Shown here: positions 12,801 through 24,800 of the stretch, one piece after another
Numbering within the stretch: the stretch's first letter is position 1
Layout: the number at the start of each line of letters is the position of its first letter
From: Leptogorgia sarmentosa
Lineage: Eukaryota
Assembly (NCBI GenBank): GCA_964658305.1
Contig: OZ210885.1
Location: 9,672,001 to 9,736,000, forward strand
Direction: 5' to 3'
Length of the DNA: 64,000 bases
The notes under the pieces: generated by a model
Database searches by the model: none
The model's input: the letters and a program-made list of their open reading frames with translations, nothing else
Told to the model about the DNA's origin: nothing
Program-made: the position numbers and the translations under genes

Positions 12801-15800
12801 CGCCGCTGGGAGATCGCCAGTTTGTATTTTCTGCTGTATCTTCGTCAATCTCCATTAATACAAGAGCTTTCAGGTCTTCTAGCGCCCCTGACCACTTCAG
12901 TTTGTTCTTCGCTAAGCGAAAGTTACCGTACAAAATATTCTTAACAGATGTCATTGTTGGAGCGGAAAAGCACACGTCCGTACACGTTGAATGTGTGTGT
13001 GGCCACACGGGTAATGCGAACACGGGTAATGCCCACGCTGGACTATCGTCTAAGATTGCTGGTCGGCGTTTCAGTATTACTGTTGATATAGTTATATTAG
13101 TGTTAGATATAAACCATTTTTCTATATACTAAGAATTTCCTTAATCCCAACCCAAGCCCTAGAATCCTAACCCTGACCATTGTGGTCAGAATAATATTGA
13201 GGAAAAAAAGTTTTCATCACTAACGCTGAAAAAATGTGTCGAACTGGGGCTTGAACTATAGAACTGCAACGCACGCACCGCGTGTTTTACCACTTGAGCT
13301 AAATCGAGCTCGCTGCTCACAGTAGGTTATAGGGCACGTATGGCGAGGGAAGTAATTAGTATGCAAGGAGGGCGAGTGCCTTAGCGCCGGAAATAATTAG
13401 TATGTAAAGAGTAATTAGTAACGTAACCGCGGCATGTGTTCCAGATACGCGTCCGTGTTATAAAAGTAAACTTGTATGCATATAGAAAGGGTAGAATTTT
13501 TGGTAAAAGAAATGTAATGTGCGACTAAAAGTTTAAAAGATGAGGGTTAGTTGAATAAATGTCAAATAGTAAAGTAAATATGTATTGCGCCGGGCGGTAA
13601 TTAGCTGGCAGAAGAATAGCGAGTAATTAGTATTAGTCTATTATGACCGCAATAACCCAGGGAATAATGAATGAGACTTTATGTTTTTGTAAAAAGTTTA
13701 TTAATCGTAAAAATATTGCTCATGTACTTTTACAAGTCATATAGAGAATTTTAGTTTATGTGATGTGCTACGAAACCTAATATTTAATGGTCTTCATCAT
13801 CGCTGTCCTCTGTAAAGATGTAATCTTTTAACAGGTTTTTAATCAGAAATTTTCTCTTATCAACCGCTGCTTGAATAGCTTCTTCGGGATCAAAATTATC
13901 GTCGTTCACAAAGGCATCTTTTGTTTGCATTATTTTCTTATGCACAGGGTCATTCTTTAGTTGTTTCATCCACGAAAGACGATTCATATAGATACTTTCC
14001 AACTCATTTTGGAGCTTAGGCAGGAATTCGGAGTAAGCTTTTTGTCCAGCGGATTGCTCATCCAAGCCACTATGTATCAAATTCGTCTTCATTTCCTTAA
14101 AAGCCGTTTTATACTTTTGCATTGTTTCTTCTACCATTGGCATCCAAGGATCATTTTCTTCCTCCTCAGTTTCGTCGTCTGTTGTCACCGGACTTTCAGA
14201 ACTATGAGTTGAAGCAGTCGAAAAATCGCCTTCCGATTCCGTTGTCTGACTGTCTGTTTCTGACATTTCACTCTCTTGATCCTTTAATGGACAGTACATG
14301 TTTTCGTGCCGACGTAGATTGAAACGTCGATTAAATGCTTTCCCGCAGAATTTGCAGCTCATTGCGCTAGCAAGGACTGTGTAAAAATGCCTTGTTATTG
14401 AGCACTACCGCACTTTTATTTGAGCATATGAGCATGTGCTCATGTGGGAATGAGCATATGAGCATGCGCTCATGTGGGAATGAGCAATTTCGAGCATCGC
14501 TCACAAATGCTCAAAACTGCTCATGAGCACATGCTCATAAGACCCGATGGCCCGATTCATGGTGGCATGCACTACCCATTCTCAGCATGCAAACCCAAAG
14601 GGTCCCAAACAATATTCAAATATAAATGACTATGCTCTATTTAATAACAGCGATGATTGTAATTTGACAAATTTGTAGAATATGTCCAAAGAATTGCATC
14701 GTTTGGGATCCTTTGGATTTGCATGCTGAGAATGGGTAGTGCATGCCACCATGAATCGGACCATCGGGTCTTATGAGCATGTGCTCATGAGCAGTTTTGA
14801 GCACTTGTGAGCGATGCTCATAAGGCCCGATTCATGGTGGGCCTTATAGGGCTTTATAGGGCCAGAGCGGGCCAAATAAAATATCTTTCACATGCAAACG
14901 ATGAACCAATACTATTAGGAACTCGCATAGTTAACATGAGTCGTACACGTAGAAACTGTCCTGTTTTTGGCTGTGGTAGTACGAATCTTGCAAGGCTAGC
15001 TAATCATCTCGCTCAAATACATGATATGAATACGGAAGAACGCAGAGAATGGTTAAAGTGGAGCAAAATCGGGATTTGTGTACCTCGACAGAATGAAGAA
15101 CCAAAGGAACTTTATATGGAGAAAAGTGCCGAAAAACTAATAAAACGGCAGGAAGAAATGGAAAGAAAATTGAATATTTACTTACAAGCCGCCAAATTAA
15201 AGAAAAGGCCAGAGCAGCAACAAGAACATTCCAGCTCAGGAAAAGACAAAGATAAATGGCTAATATATTAACTGGTATACTGGAGTATGAGACAGCGCCT
15301 TTATTACTTGCTGAGAAGAAACGATGTGTAGTCAAAGTTTTACCACGATGAATCGGGCCATCGGGCCTTATGAGCATGTGCTCATGAGCAGTTTTGAGCA
15401 TTTGTGAGCGATGCTCGAAATTGCTCATTCCCACATGAGCACATGCTCATATGCTCATTCCCACATGAGCACATGCTCATATGCTCAAATAAAAGTGCGG
15501 TAGTGCTCAATAACAAGGCATTTTTACACAGTCCTTGCTAGCTGAATGAGCTGAAAATTCTGCGGGAAAGCATTTAATCGAGGTTTCAATCTACGTCGAC
15601 ACGAAAACATGTACTGTCCATTAAAGGATCAAGAGAGTGAAATGTCAGAAACAGACAGTCAGACAACGGAATCGGAAGGGGATTTTTCGACTGCTTCAAC
15701 TCATAGTTCTGAAAGTCCGGTGACAACAGACGACGAAACTGAGGAGGAAGAAAATGATCCTTGGATGCCAATGGTAGAAGAAACAATGCAAAAGTATAAA

Positions 15801-18800
15801 ACGGCTTTTAAGGAAATGGAGACGAATTTGATACATAGTGGCTTGGATGAGCAATCCTCTGGACAAAAAGCTTACTCCGAATTCCTGCCTAAGCTCCAAA
15901 ATGAGTTGGAAAGTATTTATATGAATCGTCTTTCGTGGATGAAACAACTAAAGAATGACCCAGTGCATAAGAAAATAATGCAAACAAAAGATGCCTTTGT
16001 GAACGACGATAATTTTGATCCCGAAGAAGCTATTCAAGCAGCGGTTGATAAGAGAAAATTTCTGATTAAAAAACTGTTAAAAGATTACATCTTTACAGAG
16101 GACAGCGATGATGAAGACCATTAAATATTAGGTTTCGTAGCACATCATATAAACTAAAATTCTCTATATGACTTGTAAAAGTACATGAGCAATATTTTTA
16201 CGATTAATAAACTTTTTACAAAAACGTAAAGTCTCATTCATTATTCCCTGGGTTATTGGGGTCATAATAGACTAATACTAATTACTCGCTATTCTTCTGC
16301 CAGCTAATTACCGCCCGGCGCAATACATATTTACTTTACTATTTGACATTTATTCAACTAACCCTCATCTTTTAAACTTTTAGTCGCACATTACATTTCT
16401 TTTACCAAAAATTCTACCCTTTCTATATGCATACAAGTTTACTTTTATAACACGGACGCGTATCTGGAACACATGCCGCGGTTACGTTACTAATTACTCT
16501 TTACATACTAATTATTTCCGGCGCTAAGGCACTCGCCCTCCTTGCATACTAATTACTTCCCTCGCCATACGTGCCCTATAACCTACTGCTCACCACTCTG
16601 GCCTGGCTAAATGCATATGATTATAGACCCGGGCAATCACTGTCCATAATTTACCAGGCCAGGCTACTTAGACGATTGTCCAGCGTGGGCATTACCCATG
16701 TTCTCATTTGAGAAATATCGGGTACTACCCGTTAAGGTCTTTGTTTAACGGGTGTTCTAAGATACAGTACCAACTGCGACGTTAGGAATTAGGTTTATGA
16801 GTTTGGAATAAGAAATATAATTTCCATCACTCTAACACTTTTTTCGTAACATAATCTTGGTAATGATTTTGTTCAATTTGTGTCTTCATATTTTATGTAT
16901 GCATTTAACAGTTTAACTGCATGTATACAACCGCGTGAATAAAGCTACTGCAGAAAGTTTGACTGGTTTGCTTGAGTTCAGAAGTCTATTGCAATTTTCG
17001 TTATACGAATAATGAAACGGCCATGCAAATTGTGGAAAATTCAGAAAGGGCAATTTACTTGTTAGCAAATATTTCAAGTTTCAACCGTTGTTAAAATGTT
17101 CTATTAAGTTAAAATATCTTCAACTTCAAAATATTTAAGTACTATTCGCGTCAGAGTTTTAACGGGTTGTTTTAGGAAATTCAACAAAGAGCTACAGTCT
17201 TGCTCACTATCTAAACCATAGAAACAGATTTAACGTTTCGATGAAACGTCCTTCCTCGAGAATTGGTGTGTTCACTAATGTATAGTTATTCAGTGGATAA
17301 CGCAATCTTACATGTGAACAACCATCCCGTTACAGGAACATTATAGATTGTTAATGCATAAGACTTCCTCCACTACACGAGGGGGAGGTGGTTGAAAATC
17401 GATTTCTTACACCAGTTGACAGGTATTACTATTTACGCATGCGTTGCCCACAATGAATTTTTCCACGATTCTTGCCCCATCTAGTCATCGATTATATACA
17501 GGATAATCTCGAGCCTGATATCAATTGGACTATATCAAATGTCATTTATACGTAACTATAGATACCGATCTTGAACAATATATATCTTGCGTCGCATCAG
17601 GAATAGGTAGAGTCGTACATGACAGAACTTCAGCATTCTGTAAGTTGTTGCTGGGTCTTCCAGCAAGACAAAATAGGTAGTAAGTATTTTTCCCGTATAT
17701 AGATGACAAATTTGGTGGGGATTTTAGTAATGGGATATTTTACGATTGGGTTAATCTGGTTCCAGATTATCTAACTACAATAAAGTTGTATTTATAGTAC
17801 TCAGTTGCATGTGTTGGTAATGGCTTTATTAACAGGCAGCAAAGAGTCTACTCACTACCTAAATAATTTAAACAGATTTTACGTTTCGAGCGAAGGCCCT
17901 TCGCTGGGATCGAATGTTGTGTTAAACTAATTCCTGACGAGGGCCCTTTTGCTGGAAACGTCAAATCCGTTTGTATCCCTTATAGGTATTGAGTAGACCT
18001 TTATTTGTTGTCGAGTTGCCATCTGTTACCTACACTGGTCACACATTCATATTTCAATTATTATCTATCATGGGTTATGTGTACGTTGACCTGAAACCGT
18101 CATCATATAGCTCTGAATGAAGTTGATGCATAGTTTGTCTTAAATCTTGCATGAGAATCCATTCCATAAAAACATGGTAAATTAGTAACTTACTGAATCT
18201 GTCGAAATTTAAAGCTGTTTATGAAATTGAAAGTCAATGCTTCAATGCTCGTATCCATATTATACTGATATACAATTTTCCTAGACTATTTTTAAAATTA
18301 AAATAATAACCTACTTCAAAACGGTCATTCTCATGTTTTCTTATATGTATTATATGTAAATGTACATTTCTTTCGGTTCCGGTTTAATTAAAATATGTCA
18401 GTACGAAGTCCTGGAATGGATTAAATGTGCAGTTTCAGGTTTCATAACAAAGCACAAAACGCGGATGTGGTGCAGTTTAAGGCAGAGTTTCCAGTCCATG
18501 CGCCTTCGATTTTCAAATATACAAATTTTCTTTAATTTTTAGAACACATCTGATATAACATCAGAAAATCAAAGTTATAGTTTATGCCAATTAACCGAAA
18601 TCTGCGTATTACATATACTGACACCTGCACGCTGATGATTTCCCGTGTTTTCTTCATGAATTATTAATTAATGCGTTTGACAAGTATATGTAGCCACGTT
18701 TTGTAAAAATTGTATACATTCCTAATAATGAATACGCCGAGTCGAAACGTGGAACAAACAATTCAAAAAATTTCTTGTGTTTGGATGTTTCTATTGTTTT

Positions 18801-21800
18801 GTATTTCTATATGCACAGTATAGCTAGTAGCCTTGTGTACTACACCTTTATCGAGGACTTCATTGAGAATAAGATATTCCCATCCTTTGAAAGCGACACG
18901 ACATATTGATCATCAGCAGAGACTGCAACATGTTTTGCCCATTCAAGGTCACCTATTAATCAGGAAGGAAAAAATAATGAATTCAGAAATTGAATTAAAC
19001 ATTAAAAAGATATTAAAATTAATGTAAAAATCTTTGCAATTTAAGGATTTATATACAATGAAAGAAAAATCTTTAGGAGTGGATTTAATGCTGTATCTAA
19101 TATAACTGGATACTTTAACAAGCTGCAAAATTTCTACTCACCAACGATAGGCAGTGAATTTGTTTTCTAACGTTTAGGTAGTAAGTAGAACTTTTGTTGC
19201 TTGTTGATGTTATTATATCCGAAACCTACACTGGTCGCATATTGAACCTTATTCTAGCGGACTAGACCATAAACTGTCAAAAGAATGGACTGGAAACGCA
19301 CGCTGAAACTGCACAACAACCGTGATACGGTTGATGTGGAACCCTGTAACTTCACATTCAATCCATTCCAAGACTTCGTATTGACATATTTCAAACCAGA
19401 AGAGAAATGAGTGTGCATCAATCGACTGTTCAAGCATTTTCGGGGTTGAACAAGGCAAAAAATCACCGTAGAATGTTTTATATGTAACACTGTTTTAATA
19501 ACGCTATATTATGGCGATATTTCGGTAATTAAGAATTAAGGTTTCTTTAAAACTTTGTCTACATGTAACATCACACGAAATGTTGTTTCTGAACCACTCC
19601 TGCCTGCCACCACTTATGACTGCAGATTAAAATGATGAAGTACCCTCTCGACCACGTCGCCGTCAACAAAATATTATTTTCAGTTATTCTACACTTAAGA
19701 AACGTGATAATAACTTCTATACGTTTCATTACGTTCAGTTTCATTCAACGTTGGTTTTCATTTTCAGATATTGGCTGACCAAAAATGGCAAAACACTAGA
19801 GATTATTAATTTTGAGAGCGGTGGTATCGTAGACATTTTCTGATAGCGCAATTAAACTGTTTGACATGTACAAGTTAATATTCTCAATTTGGGATAAGAA
19901 CTCAGTCAAGATAAGCTTCCCATTATTTTAGAATTCTGTGATGTTAATGAAATGGGTGCTAGATATTGTTGCATACCTTTCAGAGTTCGAACTACAATAG
20001 AATGCTTTACCTTCATTGGCAATATAACTTAGATTATAGAAGTGGTATAAATGTGAACAACGCAATTACTGGGAAAGTTCATATGCAAATACTTTCAATA
20101 TTTTGTTAGGTATGATAATATCTGCCAGGTCTCGTATGGGCAGTTTACTATATACTTGGTTCACGTCAATGAGGTTATTGGTTCCAATTACATTTTTATC
20201 AGGTTCCAATTGAACATTGTTTCATGCTAAAGGAACAAATGTGATGTAAGGCCTGGAAAAAAACTGCTGAAATTTCAGCCAATTCCTGGCAATTATATAT
20301 GGATATCGTCAGAGAGTAATTGGTTATACCCAAATTTTTCACAGAATATCGACAGAGAGTACTTAGTTATATTCGACCCAGCCTGCAGCTTATACAATGA
20401 ATTTAGCTTAATTAAAGCTATATGACGTGTTTCGATTCATACATTACTTTATTATTTGAGTATAGAGATTTATGTGCACTAAATCTGTTAAATAAAATTC
20501 GTATCTCAGTGCATTCGATGTTTTTCACTGTGAAATTTACCGAATTATCGTTCTGACTGGCGATACGATTTTTTCCACCAGTGAAAAGTTATCGTATCAC
20601 CGTTTTGATTAGCTGACTTTTTCTTGCCACCACCTGTTCGCAGGCTAATATAAACATGGAGACTGACTTAATTAATGGCATTTTTCCAAATCACGTCAAA
20701 TTATAAAGGAAACATTTGTGGATTCATTAACTTGAAATAAACCTCCTGCTTCCATTTTCTGCTTGTCAATAACGCAATAATTGGTGAGAATTAAATTGTG
20801 GATTGCTTCCCTTGTGTTTGTCGTCTGTCAGCATCAAATATTCCATATCTCTGCACACTTCTTTATACTCCTGTAATAAACAAATTACTTCCCAGTTGCT
20901 CGTTTTTATTAATTACTCGGTGTGATCGCAAAGCTCATTCGTTCACTGCGCTCACTCGTTTATTTAGCGACCATCACAATTGGTAAATAAAAATCGTACG
21001 CACTCGCCAACCGTGAATCTTTATGTATATTGTCTTTCTGTAAACGAGCGGAACTGTACGAATTTTCTAATGCAAAGTGTATAAGTAGACAATCGCCAAA
21101 TCACATAAAACATTTCCCTTTCGTCAATGATGTAAATAGAGATGCGTACGATTATTAAGTAAATAATAAAATTCAAACAAACAAACCAACTCTGAAGTAA
21201 TTTGTTTATTATATGAATCCAAAGAAGAGTGTGGAGTTATGGAATATTTGACACTGACATGCAGACGACAAACACAACACGAGTGACATATCAAAATATG
21301 AAATTTCTTACCACTTATTGTTTTGTTTTCAAGTTTCCAGAAACTGCTGCGAACAGGAGAAACATTCAACTGTATGTTAACAACCATTTTTCTATTCCAG
21401 TGCACAGCGTCGCAGACTAGCACGTTACTCATTAACTATTCTGATTTGCCTTCACGAAAAGATTTTAATTTCCCAGTAAAAATAAAATTTTTACTACGTT
21501 AATGTTGTAGTTTTTGAACATGGTAAGGTAATTGAAGCACAAAAATCAACAAGGTTTAGGTTAGGTCCATATGAATTTAGTGAAATTAAAATTCCACAAA
21601 GAAAATCGTGAACGTCCGCAAACTATTTATTTGAAAGCTAGCCCAAATACACAATTTGAACTATACCTCGGACAGAAAACGATTTTTTTTCTGCTTGAAA
21701 ATTCCAAAGTTTGAAAGTACCATCTTCAGAAGAGGAAACACATATAGAGCCATTACGAGCCATTGTGATATCTGTGACGTCTTCTGAATGATTCGAGGAG

Positions 21801-24800
21801 TTGTTTTGTTCCATGTACGCAGCAGTTCCCAGGTTCCAAACCCTGATACTTCCATCCCATGACGCTGTCAATACCTTCTTTGCATTGGGAATTATTGCAA
21901 CACCACTGAAATATTACAAGTTGATTGTTTATTTCTAATAATAATTTGTTCTACCGATAAAACGCAAGGACAGTCCATGTCATACTATTGATTTTTTAAG
22001 AAACCAATATTATCAAAATAAACTGTATAATTTATTCATACATGATCAGGGAAATATGTCGTATTCATCGAAGGTTACTACAAATGAAAACTACATCTAT
22101 GGTCACTTCATTTTTTGCAAAAATCTTTCTATTACTGTATGTAAACGATTAAGAAGATAGATAGATAAAACCTTTATTTACATAGGGTAGTCCCGTCAGT
22201 AATAAAAATAACTGTTATCATTGGGAGCCCTATAGACATATTGTAGAGTTCAATACTACAGATAATCAACGAAAGCAACAATACAAGATAGAGACTGTGT
22301 AATGATAGATGGCCAACGGGTAAAATTATGTTGCATTGGATGTCATCTTTCACCGATTAGTAATTCTACAAACTTCAATCGCAAAAGGTTGCAAAGTACG
22401 GAAAATACAGCCCTTCAAAGTTGGCAAATTTGTATACTTTAATTTTGTATATTTTTTGAATTTTCGGAAATTAGTATAGGAAATTACACGGTTCGAGAAG
22501 TATTAATGAAAAATCGCACGCGTGTTTGGCGAAATACCGCTCATGCGAAAATTAATGTTTAATTCGCACAGTTGTTGAAGTATTTTAGCCAATCAGCGTC
22601 CAGGAAATTGACAACAATTATATTAGTAACTTCATTAGTTATCAATTTCAGAGCGCGTGATAAAACTGAATACAAATCTGCAACTTTATGTGTTCCGTAT
22701 TCAACACCACGAAAGCGGGCGAGTGGGCTGGGCAGGCTACTGCACCCCCTCCCTCCCCCTTCAATAACTTGTCAAAATTCTGGAAATATGAAATGAAGGA
22801 ACCTATATTTCAATAAGATTTTAACATCGTACACCCTCGTCTTGAATGCAGCCGTTAAAAATTTTGCCGATAGGTCTCTCCCCAAACCCACCAATAGCGT
22901 TATCACTAATATGAATTTTCAGGCCCTCTAATCGTAAGTTGCTTCCGATGGACCTTACATTTTCCAACATTTCACAACCAAACATTTAGTTGATAACGTC
23001 ACTCCGGAAATGTCCTTCGTTTATCCCTCATTAGAATTTCTCTAAAGTGCAAGTCGCCCATTGCAAATAAACTTAAAGTATGTAGCACCACGACTATAAC
23101 CGGGAGCCGATTGGTATAATAGTGTAAATAGAAATTCTTATAGCAATGTAAACAAATGGATGACTGAAACTTTCTTTCATGGAGTTCATGCTCGCTATCT
23201 TACAAAGTAATCAAAAACCAATTTCAAGAAGCAGCACGTCTGAGTGTGACTATGTAATACCCTGGTAATACCGTATTAAATTTATACAATGGATAAGACA
23301 GACTGTGAGATATCTTAAGCTTAAAGTTACATATTCGGTCTTCGTTGTTGCGTTGCCGCATATTGATCTTATCAATGGAGAAAATATGGCCCTAAATCAG
23401 TTAGGTCCTGGAATGAACTCACCTGATCTCATTGGTATGACCTTTATAACTGGAAAGCAAATTTCCAGTGTGGAAACACCACAACCTCGCACTTCCCCTG
23501 TCGTCTCCAGAGATAATATACTTGTTATCATCGCTCACAGCGACACTGGTAACATCAGATTCATGACCCTTAAGAGTACGAATTTCCTGATACGTTTTTA
23601 AATCCCAAATTTTTATTGTCCCATCGTCTGAAGCAGACACAAGCATTGGATTGTTTTTTCCTGAATCTAAAAGAAAACTTCGGACTTTAGTTAAAGGGGC
23701 ACAAAAAACTAGGGAAAGCAAAGTACAAAATATCCTAAATATATTCAATAGCTCGATCGTTCACAGGAGAGATTTTCATATATGCATTCTGCAAGTCCAG
23801 GCAATGGATTTTGCAGTCGTCCATATACAGAAAGTTTATTTTGTTAATACCGTTAGGATATTGAAGAGAAATTCACGCAAAAAAGAAATTCCAATGTGTC
23901 AGGATAAACTTGAAATACTCAAAATATGGCCGAACCGTCTGGCGCGTACAACAGTCATGATCACGGATGAATTGTGCAAAGTAACATCATTCTTCTAGTT
24001 CGTTTTGCATATTATGTTAAAGCTCATTACCTCCGCGAGGAGATTATGTAATCATCTTGGTTTGTTTGTGTGTATGTGTGTGTTGGTCTGTGAACACGAT
24101 AACTTGAGAAATATCGAACATCTTGCACAATTGTTTGGCATTGCACAAGGAAGAGATGATTTTGGTTCAATTTGGCTGAGAATCAAGGAAAACATCTATG
24201 AAATAAAACTTTCGTTGCTTCATTTTTTCAAATATGAATGCGTAATGAAGTTAATTTATATTCAGAATGTGTTGTGTGAATTAGGTACCAAAATTGGGTG
24301 AAAATTTATTAAGCCCCCACCATCTACTTAGTCCTCCCTTCAGATAATCGCCCACCTGAAAGCAGGAAAACATAAATAATCCCCCAAGAGGCTATAAATA
24401 GAGGAAATACGGTAGTCTTTCTTGAAGATGATCGAATAGTTAATTTCGCAATACGTGTTTAATTGGATTTTATACAAAATAAACTTCCTTCTCGTTTATT
24501 AAAAATACATAGGAAATACAGTACGCAGTCTTAATCAACGTTTAATTTGGACCGCAAAGTTCTAAAAGTTTGTTGCAGTCATTTTATAAATGTATGATAT
24601 TGTAAGTATTAAAACGAAGTTTAACTTCTGAAAAGTCTAAAACGTTTTTTCCTGAGGAAAGATTCGAGTACCCAAATTTATACTTGCTATTTCTACCTAT
24701 ATCCATACTATGTACTGTAAAGTTGCGGAAAAGTCTAATGAAAGATCGTAAGAACTCTGCATCGGTGCAATTACTCAAAACCAGAGTGTAACAGTACTGA

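Larger units (their letters stand above)
8019..13010 (-). mobile_element. Full-length CR1/L2-group LINE
   Basis: Two intact ORFs; 3' UTR with stem-loop, AATAAA and (TACC)n tail at 8019-8043; 5' end approximate. Confidence 0.9.
13321..16587. mobile_element. Non-autonomous Polinton/Maverick-like element, 3267 bp
   Basis: Termini AGTAGG...CCTACT; exact 6-bp TSD GCTCAC (13315-13320, 16588-16593); near-identical TIRs 13321-14565 and 15343-16587; no polymerase, integrase or capsid gene. Confidence 0.8.
7970..16754. mobile_element. Outer TIR element (~85-bp TIRs) hosting the LINE and the Polinton-like element
   Basis: The right TIR 16667-16754 is the reverse complement of 7970-8018 joined to ~13012-13054, so the left TIR is split by the LINE. 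No clear TSD; superfamily unknown. Confidence 0.7.

Noticed and set aside
12955..13023. ORF1 start at 13023 as given in the ORF track
   Set aside because: This GTG lies in the TIR of the host element, outside the LINE; ATG 12954 is more plausible.
8888..13132. Plus-strand ORFs opposite the LINE (and similar ones opposite the hAT and NB-ARC exons)
   Set aside because: Antisense shadows of real coding sequence with no recognisable motifs.
13229..13309. Functional tRNA gene
   Set aside because: A and B boxes are present but the anticodon and acceptor stems are poor; treated as tRNA-derived.
17566..17637. Possible additional phase 0-0 exon (NAEVLSCTTLPIPDATQDIYCSRS)
   Set aside because: Poor polypyrimidine tract, no WD40 character, and it would interrupt the IK-VWNL motif.
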